NCBI RefSeq assembly: GCF_009914755.1
Contig: NC_060929.1
Source of the DNA: the human T2T-CHM13v2.0 reference genome, Homo sapiens
Length of the DNA: 64,000 nt
Strand: one strand, 5' to 3'
In this document: positions 45,419 to 61,955 of the stretch, piece after piece
Numbering within the stretch: position 1 is the stretch's first letter
How the letters are laid out: every line of letters starts with the position of its first letter
The notes under the pieces: generated by a model
Told to the model about the DNA's origin: nothing
Seen by the model: only the letters and a program-made list of their open reading frames with translations
Database searches by the model: none
Made by a program: the position numbers and the translations under genes

Positions 45419-47271
45419 GGTTTACTACTCCTCATAGCTGTGACCAAACAATACGGACCATATCTATTAAGGATCAGAGATAACAGATTGGGAAAAAGGT
45501 GGACCATGAATCAGTTATAAGGCATTGAGTAGTATGCAAGGCCATTCTGTTGTAGAAAACATTAAACTGTAGAACACTTGTAGAATAACAGAAACTCTCT
45601 TGGTGCCATCTGACATTTTAAAAAGAAGCCTAAATTGATAGTCCTCTAATCACCTCTGTATCAGATTCCTCTATGTTTAGCACACCTTTCTGCTGTCCTT
45701 CGGTGACTAAGACTACTTCTAAATTTACAAAGAAGGCCTAGGACTCCATCTTTAAAATTTGTTTGTACAGTCTATTTTCCATGCATAAGCATAGATTGTT
45801 CATTGAATAATTCATTTATTCATTCAGTCATTCACCCATTTATTTATTCATTTGTTCAAAGATTTTAGGACCTATTGTACTTTTACTCATAATCATGTAC
45901 CAGTGAAAATTAGCGTAAGTTATTCCAGATTTTGAATGAGCTTTTTGCTACATGGCTTAACCATTCTGTGTAATGCATCTGGAATTTAAATACTGCACAA
46001 ATTGTTCAACTTTAAGTTACTTCAAAATGGTACTTTAATTTCTCAAGTTGCAACATGAGATGACAGGATTATTAGAGTATAATCAGGGAGAAAAGGAAAA
46101 ATACAGTTATAGCCTTCTGAAAAAATGAAATAATAGTGTGTTTATCCTCTCAACTGAAAGAACAAAAGCAGTGAATAAGGCATATGAAACATACAAGGCT
46201 CACAAGACGTTCTCAATCAGAAAGAAAGATGATCCTTGAGTGATAAAAAACAAATGAAGTGAGCCCTTTGATTTCTCCAACTTACTGTCTGAGGAGAGTT
46301 TCCAGGTCCTGGTGCAGAGATGCAGGACTTGGAGTCGAGGAGAAGCAACTGAGAGTCTTGGAAGACCAAGGAACTCTAGTTAGCATGATAGAATCCTGGA
46401 GAAGAAAAAGCTAGAATTTTTTTTATAACTCAAAGCTTTTGCAGATAGCTCATTTCATGTGTTCAACTGAGTATGGATCAGCACGTATTACTGAGGTAAA
46501 TGCCTAAGGCTGGGGAAAGAAGCACCCAATACGATTAATGGGAAAAGTATTCTGGGCTTGCCCAGACTGTGGAATGGTACCTATTTGTACCACAAAACTG
46601 ACAAATCTCAAGATTCACAAGACACTGGGTAAAGTACACAGAAGTGACTTGTCTCAGTGGAGTAGAATAATTAGCCCTAGAAATAGCACTGTTGTCATAA
46701 TGTATGACATATACTAATAAAGAGATTCAAAGGTATCAATATATTTTCAATTTACTGAGTCCTAGGGAGGGGAGGAAATTTCAAGAATATTTATAGGAAC
46801 ACAAAAAATTTTCATTATAATCATACAATCAACTGACAATTCACACATTAGAATTAGCAGAAAAGAAAATTAAACACTTATAACTGCACTTGAAAGCTAA
46901 GCAGAGACTTGTAATATATTTATCAAAAGCAAATTAAACTTCTGGAGATGAAAAGATACTGTGTAAAATGAAAAATACAAAAGATAGGGTTAATTTTATA
47001 TTAAATACTGCAAAAGAAAAAAATTAATAAACTTGAAGATATAGCATTAGAAATTATCCACAATGAAACATAGGGGCAAAAAAAGGTGCGAGAGAAAGAG
47101 GAAATGAAGAAGAAGGAGGAGGAACAGAATAAGAGAAAAAAGAAGCAATACTGAGAAAAGAGACCATCAGTGAATTGTGCAACAGTTTCATGCAGTCTAA
47201 TACATATGTAATTAGAGTATCTAAAGGAAAAGGTATAAAGGTAGATGGAAAACATATTTTAAGAAATAATG

Positions 47272-47597
47272 GGCTGGGCACAGTGGCTCACGCTTGTAAT
47301 ACCAGCATTTTAAGAGGCCAAAGTGGGCAGATTGCTTGAGCTCAGGTGTTCAAAATCAGTTTGGGCAACATGGCAAAACCTCATCTTCACAAAAATACAA
47401 AAATTAACTAGGCATGTTTGTGGTGGTGCATGCTGTAGTCCTAGCTATTCAGGAGATTGAGATGGTAGGATCACTTGAGCCCAGGGAGGTCAAAGCTGCA
47501 GTGAGCTGTGATCATATCACTGCACTCCAGCTTGGGTGACAGAGAGAGACTATGTCGAGAGAGAGAGAGAGAGAGAGACAGAGAGAGAGAGAGACAG
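47272..47597 (+). mobile_element. AluJ with a (GA)n tail
   Basis: J diagnostics (GGATCACTTGAGCCCAGGGAGGTCAAAGCTGCAG); tail is (GA)n at ~47557-47597. Confidence 0.95.
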
Positions 47598-49353
47598 AAA
47601 ACAAACCAAATAATAAACAAAATTTTTTACAAATTAGTAAAAAATATAAGCCCAAAGATTCAAGAAATGCAATGAATTCCAAGCAAAGAAACATTAAGAA
47701 AGTATACCAAAGTACCCTATAACCAAATTCGTGAAAACCAGTGATAAGAGGATCCTAAAAACAGATAGAAAAGGTAATTTTTATCCTTGTAAAATTAAAA
47801 TATCAAAATAATATAGCATTTCCTATTGAGAAAATGTGAGTAAAAAGATAAACAGTTTTAATGAAGAGAAAGAATAACTATCAACTAAAAAGAAAAAAAA
47901 ATCAATCCAGAATTCCATACCCAGTAAAAATACGAAAGAATCTATCAAAAACAGACCAGAAAAAAAAAAGTTACATCAATTAGATCTATGAATTTACTAA
48001 AAGGAATGAAGGGCACAAGAATTGTAACTGAGTAAATATACATTTTTATTTTTATCTACTTTCTTGAAGGATAGTTGATTGTTCTAACAAAATTAATGAA
48101 ATATGGTGAGGTTTTATAACATGCGAAATTAAAATATGTAATAATAAGAGCACAAGTATCTAAAAGAAAGGAATGAGATTATGTTCTTTTAAGGTTATTC
48201 TCTGACTATACAGGAAGAGGTATAATATCACTCTTAGGTAGAATGAAATTAGTTAAAGATATACTTAAAAGAAAAAAACAAAGCAATCATTAGAATGAAA
48301 AAAAGATTAATAGCTGATCTAAAAGCACAAAAAACCCATGGTATAATAAAAATAATCAAAATAATGTCATGGAAAGGGGAAAGGGGCAACAAAGAAAACA
48401 CAAGTTAAATATAATTTGCAAGATAACAGACTGAAAACTAACCATGTGAATGTAAATGTTCCAAACATACTAACTAAAAGACAGAGACTGTAAGAATTGA
48501 TAAAACACTAAGATTATCAATTTGCTACCTACAACAATTACACATTATAATTAAAGGCACAAATTGTTAAAAGTAAAACAATATAAAATATGTCATGCTA
48601 GAAACAGAAAGTTATAGTGATTGTACTAATAGTAAAATATTATTATAGAGCAAGAATATTACTAAGAATAAAGTCATCTTATGATGATAAAGAATAAAGA
48701 AATGCATTTCATAATGATGAAAGAGTCAGTTCATTAAGCGGATATGATAATTCTAGATGTTTATGGTCTAATAACAGATAGAGAGCAGATAGACAGACAT
48801 GACAATCCTAAATATTTATACTGTAATAACGGATAGAATTGCAAGATGAAATGAACAGAGCTCATCTTAATAACTCACTGAAAAAGTAGAAGAAAGATCA
48901 GTAAGATATGGAAGATTTAAACAACACTATTACCCATCTTACTTAACCGTATAGAACTTACGGCAAACCACCAGAATACACGTTATTTTGAAGTATACAA
49001 AGAACTTGTGCAGCGATAGATTATATCCAAGACCTCAAAACAAATCTCAGTAAATATAGAATGGTTTAAGTCACAAAAAGTATCTTCTCTGACCACGATA
49101 AAATTAAATTACGAATAAGTAACAAAATGTATCTAAAAATCCCTACATTTTAGAAATTAAATAACATAGATCAAATCTCAGTAAACCATGGACTAAAAAA
49201 GAGATTAAAATAATAGAAAGTATTTTTAATTTTATTAAAATGGAAACACAAAGTTCTAAATTTGTGGGATAACACTATCTGAGTATTGAGAGAAAAATTA
49301 CTCAATCCCCTTATGTTGAATCTCCAGATATCTTTTTAAAAAATCAATGGAAC

Positions 49354-49685
<332 letters not shown>

Positions 49686-50511
49686 TCAAAGAAATAATAA
49701 ATAGTGGAAAGAAAATTACTGAAATAGGAAACAATAGTTATAAAAGTGAGAGAATCAATAAATGAAAAGCTAATTCTTAGAGAAGATCCATAACATTGAT
49801 AAACTCTAGCCAGATGGATCAGGAAAAAAAAGACAAAAATTACTAATATCAGGAATAAAAAAATTTAACACCACTACAAATTCTACAGATTTTAAATAGA
49901 AAAATAAGTATTTCGAACAACTTTATATGAATAAACTCAAGAATATTAATGAAATGAGAAATTTTCTGAAAGACATGAAGTCTAAAAACTTAATGAAAAA
50001 TGTTGAATATTAAATACATTTAATTTGAAGTTAAAACTTGCCAACAAAGGAAACTTCAGATTCAAAATAGCTTCCCTCTAAGAAATAACAAATTCCAGTT
50101 GTTCATAAATTCCTCCAGAAATTTAAAAATATGTGGTAATACTTCCTATAACATTTAATGAGGTGAGATTTACTCCGAAAGCGATCAGAGACATAGCAAG
50201 AAAACAACAGCACAATTTACCAAAATGTTCCAGCACCTTCTAATGAAAAGACTATATTTCTTCACAAGATTAGGTTTGCAGTTTTGTCAAATATAAAGAA
50301 CATGAACATTAGTCTATTTCTAAAATTTCTACTTTGCTCCACCTATTTGCCTCTTTTTTCATCAATACGACACTCTTCAATATTGTGTCTTTATACTTAG
50401 GTCTTGAATCAGGTAGTGTTAAGTCTCCAACTTTGTTCTTTATCAAAATTATTTTGTCTATCGAGGCCCTTTGTATTTCTACAAACATTTTAGAATTGCT
50501 TTGTCAATTTA

Positions 50512-50868
<357 letters not shown>

Positions 50869-51480
50869 TCAGCCTATTAGAATAGCTAAAATTAAAAACA
50901 TATCTCTCTATATATACGACTATACCAAATGCTAACAAAGATTTGAAGGAAATAGAAATCTCATACACTGCAAGTGAGAATGGAAAAAGTACATCAACTT
51001 AGGAGAACATTTTATTAGTTTCTTAAAAGCTAAGGATACACCTTTCATTTACCCAGGCATTCCATTCCTAAGTATTTTTTCCAAGGAAAACTAAAATGAA
51101 AATACACTTTCATAGAAAGCCTGTTTAAGGATGTTTATAGCAAATGCCCATCCATAGGTGAATGAGTAAACTAATTGTGGCATATCCATATAGTGGGAAT
51201 CTACTCAACATTGATAAGGAATGAACTACTAATATACACCAATAACATGGCTGAATGTCAACATAATATGCTGCCTGAAAAAATGCCAGGTGAAAAATAG
51301 TACATACTGTATGTTTCTATTTAGATAAAGTGTTAGAAAATCCAGACTAATCTATAATGGTAGTAAAAAAAAATTAAATGTTTTCCTAGGAATAGGTAGG
51401 GCAGGGACAGGTAGATGTGGGAAGGAGTTATTACAAAGAGGTACAGAAATCTTGGTTGAAAAAGTTTCTAAGAAACATTT

Positions 51481-51812
51481 GGACAGGGTGTAGTGGCTTA
51501 CGACTGTAATCCCAGAACTTTGAGAGGCCAAGGTGGGAGAATTACTTGAGGCCAGGAGTTCAAACCCAGCCTGCACAAACTAGAGAGACCATGAGATCCT
51601 GTCTCTACAAAAACAAACAAACAAGCAACAGCCTGCCCTGGTTGCACATTGCATGTGACTATAATCCCAGCTACTCCAGAGGCTGAGACAGAAGGATTCC
51701 TAGAGCCCAAGAGTTAGAGGTTACAGTGAGCAGTGAGCTATGATCTCACCACTGCATTCCAACCTGGGAAACAGAGTGAGACCCTGTCTCAAGAAAAAAA
51801 AAGGAAGAAAGG
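51481..51812 (+). mobile_element. AluJo/Jr
   Basis: Diverged Alu (TTGAGGCCAGGAGTTC; GGATTCCTAGAGCCCAAG) with TSD AAGA(A/C)ACATTT. Confidence 0.93.
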
Positions 51813-52189
51813 AAAGACACATTTGAGCTAAATACCTAAGACTAGAAAGAGGAGGTTCATTCTGACTGAGCATGACATCAGTGAAAAACTAAGATGGTGG
51901 ATAGAGAGGAAGGAAATAACATTTTATGTGAGAAATGCATGCTTTAGGATTCATACAGATACAAGGTTCATTTTCTCTGCACAAGGATAGATATACAGAT
52001 ATACATGTTTATTAGCCAAAAATATTAATGCTGTTTCCAATTAATGTAATTCCTCAAGTTGATTATTTTTGGACATACATGATGTTCGAGATTTATTTTA
52101 GCCTTTACATTTATTAACGTTTTGTTTGTTCACTTTTGCTATTTGGATGATTTCCATCTTCGCCAATTACGCATAACTTGAATTTTGTC

Positions 52190-52750
52190 TAGAAGGCAAT
52201 CAGTAGAACATAAAAGTCTAAAGATAGAGACTGGCATGATTAGGTTTGATGTTTCTATATCACCACAGTGAAGAATAGATTCTAGGAAACAAAGTATGAA
52301 TTAGGGAAATTAGCCAGAAGATTGTTGCTATAATATAGATGAGAGATGATGAATACATTGACAGAGCATATTGGAAAGATATTGACAAATTCAAAATATT
52401 TTTTAAAAAGAATCTATGTGACCACTGCAAAAAAGGAAAATAAGAGTGAAATCCATGATCCTGGCTTGGGGAAACTTTTAGCCCCTAGACAGTGCCTGTC
52501 GCAGATGGTCAATAAATATTGAAAGAGTTGATGTAAACATTCACTTAAGTGGTGAACCAAGGAAGAGCAGCAAGCATTGTCATGAAGGTGTGATCAATTT
52601 CATTGTAGATTCAGTAAGCTTGTGATATACAAAGGACCTCTGCAGTGTGATCTTCATTTAGAAATTTAGGTCTATGTCTTAGGGATGAGCATTTTTTTCC
52701 TGGAGTTTATATTTTTTGGAATTAATTATCATATGGATAATATCATATAT
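52190..52750 (-). mobile_element. L2 LINE fragments
   Basis: GGCATGATTAGGTTTG..AGAAGATTGTTGCTATAATATAGATGAGAGATGATG..ATGATCCTGGCTTGGG. Confidence 0.55.
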
Positions 52751-53305
52751 TATCATAAAATTTCATTCAAGGAAAAATCCAACTGCTGTATAAGAATGTG
52801 TAGAATGAAACAAAATGAGTTGAGGAAAAAGCAATATGGAACAACATTTTAAATTGTAGAAAGAAAAAAGAAAGCTGTAAGAAATTCACACTTTAATAAT
52901 ACTTACATAACTTCAGAAATACCACCTTCCTTTATTTTTCCCTACTTCTATCCCTCCTTCCCCCTTGTATTCTTTGCTCTTTTTCTTTCCTTTTTTCATT
53001 TTTCCATAATTCAAGATGTATTTTTAGATAAAATGTTAGATACTGTGGGGGGTATCTACATATTAATTAATTAATTGATGCCCCTTTTTACATACTTACC
53101 TTTTAGAAAATATTTGTTACTTACCTTTCATCCTCCAGACTCCCTTATAGAAACTATAGATAGGGCATTAAATAGCACAAACATCCTCATGCTCTTGTAG
53201 AGCTTCCTGTGTGAGAAATATGAAAATAAACAAGTAAAAAATAACTAAAAGAGATATGAATTGATTGTGTATATATATACACACACACACGTACATATGT
53301 ATGTA

Positions 53306-54467
53306 CTAGGTTGGTGCAAAAGGAATTGTGGTTTTTGCATTGTTGGGATTTGCTGTTTGATACTAGAATACATGCTTAAATAAATGTGGCTATGTTATAC
53401 ATCATTTTAATGGACATTTCACGCATTATCTTTTTCTGCAAATGACTTATTACTTGTTATTTATTTTATATTTATTTTAGACTATGGAGATGATGTTAGA
53501 CAAAAAGCAAATTTGAGTGATTTTCTTATTCTAGTTCAAAATGGGTCATAAAGCAGTAGAAACAATTTTCAACATCAACAATGAATGCATTTGGCCCAGG
53601 AACTGCTAACAAACATACAGTGCAGTCGTAGCTTAAGAAGTTTGCAAAGGAGACGAGAGCCTTGAAGACGAGGAGTGTAGTGGCTGGCCATCAGAAGTTG
53701 ACAACGACCAACTGAGAGCAATCATCTAAGCTGATCCTCTTACAACTACACGAGAAGTTGCCAAAATAACTCAGTGTCAGCTATTTTATGGTCGTTGGGC
53801 ATTTGAAGCAAATTGGAAAGATGAAAAAGCTCAATACATGGGTGCCTCAAGAGATGACCAAAAATTTAAAAAATAATAGTTTTGAAGTGTTGTCTTCTCT
53901 TATTCTACTCAATAACAACGAACCATTTCTCAATTGGATTGTGACATGCAATGAAAAGAGGATTTCATATGACAACCGGCTATGACCAGCTTAGTGTTTA
54001 GATCAAGAAAAAGCTCCAAAGCATTTCTCAAAGCCAAACTTTCACCAAATAAAGGTCATGGTCACTGTTTGATGGTCTGCTGCCAGTCTGATCCACTATA
54101 GCTTTCTGAATCCTGGTGAAACTAATACATCTGAGGAGTATACTTAGTAAATCGATGAGATGCCACTAAAACTGCAACGTTTGCATCTGACATTGGTCAA
54201 CAGAAAAGGCCCAATTCTTCTCCTCGACGACACCTGGCTACGCATCCCACAACCAATGCTTCAAAAGTTGGACGAATTGGGCTACGAAGTTTTGCCTCAT
54301 TCCCTGACCTCTCGCCAACTGACTGCCACTTCTTCAAACATTTTGACAACTTTCTGCAGGGAAAACACTTCCATCCCCAGCAGGTTGCAGAAAATGCCTT
54401 CCAAATGTTCATAGAATCCCAAAGCACGGATTTTTACACTACAGAAATAAACATATTTCTCATTGGA
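53306..54467 (+). mobile_element. Hsmar1 mariner transposon, near full length, 3' TIR missing
   Basis: Left TIR CTAGGTTGGTGCAAAAGGAATTGTGGTTTT after a TA, followed by the Hsmar1 5' UTR and transposase. Confidence 0.96.
53484..54467 (+). pseudogene. Hsmar1 transposase pseudogene
   Basis: MEMMLDKKQI* start. Motifs WVPQEM (WVPHEL), IVTCNEK (catalytic D to N), GPILLLDD and PDLSPTD. Multiple stops and frameshifts. Confidence 0.95.
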
Positions 54468-55269
54468 GAAATATATATATAGAGAGAGAGAGAGAAAGAG
54501 AGATATCCTCTATTGCTATGGCCTTTAAAAAAAGATAAAAAATTAAAGTATCATATGTTTTTATCTAAATAGCATGCAGTTTAATGTACAATATGCCACT
54601 AATTTTTTGAAGAAAAATCAAAATAAAGGTACATTTCCATTTAAATACATCTTTGTTTTGTATTAATGAAGAGATACTAAAAACATACCCTAAAATCAAG
54701 AAAATAAAATATTTCTTGAGACTTTATAGAATTATCAGTATTGATAAATGGGTCGTGTCTTCACTCTTACCCTTCACATGCTTGTCGTTTTATTTAAAGA
54801 TTGATATTACAGGTCATTGTCAAGCATTAAATTTTTCTCTAAGATTATATATGTAATATTTCTCTCTAAATATAAGATATGTATCTTGAAAATGTGTGAA
54901 CAGCTGAATAGTCTAGTATCTGTTAATAAGAATTATTGTTTGTCAAAAGTATGCTAACATTATCTAAAAACATATTAAAATCTCAAAAAATAGAAGATAA
55001 CATGTGCTGACTGCTAATTTTAATGAAAACACCTCTGGGAACTTTATGTTATCCATTTAATGCTAATTAAATATTATAAAAGTGTGAATGAGACTTGTTA
55101 CACAACTTGCTTAAATAAAAATATCTTAAATGCACGAACAGGAATTCAAACGTGAGTGAGCCTGATCTAAAGTATAACACAATATTATCTTCATAAAGCA
55201 AATCACTTAAAATAGAAATAGCTACATTTTGTAGAGCTATAGACGGTTGTGGAGTTATAGACTTCCTAT

Positions 55270-55490
55270 TTTTCGTCCCCTAGACCCAGATTGTAAAAGC
55301 TCATGTGATTGGGTCAATCCTGTCTGAATAATGTCTCCTTTGATTAACCTAAATTCAATGAATTAGTAGCCGTACTTACTTCTGTAAAATTCCTTTTGCC
55401 ATCACAAGTCACTGTAGTTGTATATCTTATCCATATTCAAGGGGAATATGAAGATCACTGGAGTCATGTTAGTATTCTGGCTCTAATAAC
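55270..55490 (-). mobile_element. MLT1F-like MaLR LTR fragment
   Basis: AAAAGCTCATGTGATTGGGTCA..CCTTTGATTAACCTAAATTCAATGAATTAG..CATGTTAGTATTCTG. Confidence 0.65.
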
Positions 55491-57581
55491 TTCATTTTCT
55501 TTCTGAGCTGAAGTTTAAATTATAGATTTTTGCATTTCATATCTATTTGAAAAGTATCACAACATAATAATTTTTGTTATTTTATTATCCTACTGTCCTT
55601 TTCACCATTCCCTTTTGGTTGAAAATAGAGGCTATATGCTTAGGATAATAATCTGGACAGGAGAGTGACACAAGTTCCATGACATTTCAAGAAAGTCAGT
55701 TCTGTCAGGGATTATGGATGACACAAATGTCAAATGTTCACAAGGAGATTAGAAAGGAATTCTCTAGGACAGAATTTATTTATTTTCAAACGGATTTATC
55801 AAGTTTCTCTCGATTGGCTAATTCTGGTATTGTTTGAAAATAAGCCAGAATGAAATGAGGTTTTAAGAGTTGCATAGGTGTGAGGTTCCTCTTGAAAGAG
55901 ATATAAGCCAGCCACAATAAGCAGTTTTGAATAAATCTTCTGGTGGTACATTTTTTATATCACTTGTATGTGACCGCTTAGCAACCTAAAATTTATAAAA
56001 TCTCTAAAGTTGCAAAAAAACTGGATTGATATATGTTTTTCTCTAGAATTCCTTAGGAAGTCAGAAATCTACTCAAGGTAAAAAATGGAAATCCTGACCA
56101 CACTATCAAAACATTTTCATATACTTTCAAGTAGTACTTTCTTCATACTAAAATAATTTTTTCTGTCCTTAAGCCAACAGGACCATTCTTTTTCTGTCTT
56201 TAAGACATCAAGGACTTAGAAAAAAACCTATTAATAATAACTTCCAGTGCCTTGGTTTACTCAGTGTAGAATTAGAGAAGAGAATGGGTAAAGGTACTTA
56301 GAAAATACATATAAGAATCTAGAAGAGTGTAGCTAAAGGAAACGAGAAATTTGAGAAAATTTGTATTTTTTTATGTATATCTTCAATTATTGGTTGACTA
56401 TCAAATGAAGAAGTTAAGAACAAGACAGGTATATGTTCTACCCTCAACTATCATAAAAGAAAGAAAATGAGTCAACAGTAATGCAAAGTTTAAAAAAATA
56501 AAAAACCTTTCCTATAGCCATATAAACAATAGTCTTAATGTTAATCTCAAGTAGTAAGAAGCCTCAGTAGCCTACCCATTAAGTTGGGTAAAATGATCAT
56601 GGCATGAGTTAATGAATTTATACTACTGCAATTTGTATTCCTCTCCTGAAATTTATACTATAATTAGACCAATTTTCAAATTCCCCACATATTTAAATAT
56701 ATAGAAACTCATTATCCATATTGCCTGACTTGATATACAATAATTTTTCCCAATTAGATATTTAAAATTGTTGTTTTCAAAGCATGCATGAGTCATTTAA
56801 AATATACACTCATTATTTATTCATTAAAGCTATCAAATTTCCTTCTGGTCCTTGCTTTGAATACAACCTGCTTTTACGCTTCTGGCTGGCAAAACCAAAA
56901 TTGGTGCAGGATTTTTCAATAAAGCAAAGACAGAGGGAATCAGATGCTTATCCATAAAACAACCAGGAAAAACAAGCCGCATATGCAGAAATACATTGCA
57001 GAGTCAATTTTCAGTCAAGCAGAACTGAGACAAAGCAGCCAGGTATGGCAGAGATCCCACTGAGGTGGTCCTATTTTAAGCAGAGCCCGGAGCTTGTGAA
57101 TAGAGTCCATTATTTCTTCCTGTTTTAATTCAACAGAAAGTGAACAAAGCAGATTCCAATTCCATCAGCAAATTAGGTAGAGCTGAACAGAATGGATTTT
57201 GTACTGGCAACATAGGAGAGAGCAGGTAAATGGAATCTAGGAGAAAGTGATAGAAAACAAGAGATCCAAATTACTTTAAATTTTATTTTATTTTCCCATT
57301 TGATTAAAATAGATTTCAAAGTATTTCAAAGCGTCCAATTTAGACATTCTAAGATCATTTTGAAATTCGGCAGAAGCATGCAGGCTAGCAGTTCAAACTG
57401 CAAATCCAACCAGGAACAATAAAAGATTTTATAAAACATGTAGGTTGTCTAAATTCTAGCTCCTAGTATATTGCATAGCTGCCTAAACTATGTGTTAAAA
57501 ATATTTCCATTTTCTAAATTCTATTTTACTTTACAAATAGTTTTTACAGAGTTTTTAAAACAAATTAAATTATTTCCCAAA

Positions 57582-57583
<2 letters not shown>

Positions 57584-57615
<32 letters not shown>
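57584..57615 (+). repeat. (TG)n microsatellite
   Basis: Directly visible. Confidence 0.95.
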
Positions 57616-57616
<1 letters not shown>

Positions 57617-57842
57617 TGTGGCTTTTGTTCTTTGGAATTTTTTGGTGTTTCTCTGTAGTTACATCTTGAAATATTTTCCAAACCTAACATTATCATGTAA
57701 ATATAGCTTTTAAAATTTAGTCTAATTACAACCCCATTTTAAAAAATTATATCATTTAGACTTAAGAAAGGTTGAATATATTATACCCTTAAAAGTGAGG
57801 ATTGAGTGGTGAGATGACACAGGTTGTAAAGACCTAAAGCTT

Positions 57843-60118
<2,276 letters not shown>

Positions 60119-61955
60119 AAAGACCTAAAGCTTAGGCATCATCTGAAATAACACAGCACAAAGGCACCTTTAACCTAACTCTGTGTAGCACAAGCCATAA
60201 GCACTGGTTCTGGTCAGTGACCCACACATTCATTCCTTTTTCCTCCCTTACTCCTTACCTTTTTGCCAAAAACTGTAAGAGCTTGCCTTAGTCTTATGAA
60301 TTAGAACATACTCATAAATTTAGACATAGATATACAAACAGATAAAAACAAAACAAAACACAGGTAAAGAGTATTAATTTTATTATATTTTATTATTGAC
60401 ACCCTGGGAAATAATAAAATAAAAAACTAATGGCTGAATAATTGCTGGCCAAACATTCAAGGGAATAATAAAAGTAGGGTATCCTGGTGAAGTCAGTAGC
60501 TAGGTTATTGAATTTGGAATCAGTTTTAAATATTGCTTCATTTGCTTGTAATGCCACTGCACACTAGATGCCCTTGAAGGAATAACAGACAAACATACAA
60601 TGTGCTTCATATGCTACCAAAGGAGATAAAGCTGATGAATAATGAGGGATTCAAAAAAGACCATGTTTTGGAAAGGGTTCTTAGAGAATACCTCACTAAA
60701 AACATGGCATTTGGTCAGAGAGCCGTTGAAACATGAAACAAGAAAGTCTTGTCAATGTCTGGAAGGAAGGAATCATAGAAAACAAAAGGGCAAGTTCAAT
60801 GACTCTGACAGATAACAAGCTCGGTATAATTGCAGAATATCTAGAAAATTGTTAGTGTTGAGGATGGACACATAAGAAAAATAATAGTACAAGATTTGGT
60901 AAAGGTAGATAGAAAATATAAAATATATTTTATATTAATAAATATTCTTAGCACCATCATTTCTATTTAAATCAAAAGCTCTCAACATTGGGAAAATCAT
61001 GGGTCACATAAATGTTGGAAAATATAACTTTGCCTGTCAGGGTACATTTCGTTATGGAAATTATAAATATATCTCCTGAATTCAATGTTCATAACTGAAA
61101 AATGTTTGGAAACTCAGATCAGATTTTCTATCTCTGTTTCCACATTTTAAAAATTATCCCTCCAACAATGTCCTTTTGTTTTTCTTGTAACCTTTTCTTG
61201 TTTGTAAGATAACTGACTTTTTCTATAACTTCTTTGGACCTCAAACATATTTGTAAGATTTTACGTGATATTAATAAAATTTGTTTCAGTGATAGCATTA
61301 TGGAAGGAAAGAAATATCTGAAAATGTCTTTAATTCAATTTATTTATTTTTACTTTTAATTATACTAATATATATTGGGAATTTAAATATTTTTTAAAAA
61401 TACAAAATTACAACACTGAAGAATAGTACATAGAACTTCTATTTATCCTTTACACAGCTTACCTAGTTGTTAACACTTTATTATATTTTCTTTGTCATTT
61501 TCTCTATATATGTATGTAGGTATATTTGTATGTGTATATATGTTATGTTATGTTATGACCCATTTGAGAGTAACTGGCAGACATGAGGCCTCTTTACCAT
61601 TAAATATTTCTGTGCTTATTTCCTATAACAATGGCATTATTTGCATAAATACATTGCAGTTATCCATTGTACACCGTTAATTATTAAGAAAAAAGGGCAG
61701 TGATTTTAAAGATTGTCTCTCAAGTAGAGTCACTATACTATTCCCTCATTAATTGATTCAATTAATACATTTTTGGCAAGAATTTCACATAAGTGATGTT
61801 CAATTTCTCTCAGAATCATCAAGAATCACACAATTTTGAATTGTCACACTATTAGTAACGCTAATTTTGGTCATTTGCTTAAAGTTGTGTAGCTAGATTT
61901 TTCCACCGTAGTTTACTTTCATTTTCTTTTGCATTAGTGAGAGATATTTTGAAAT

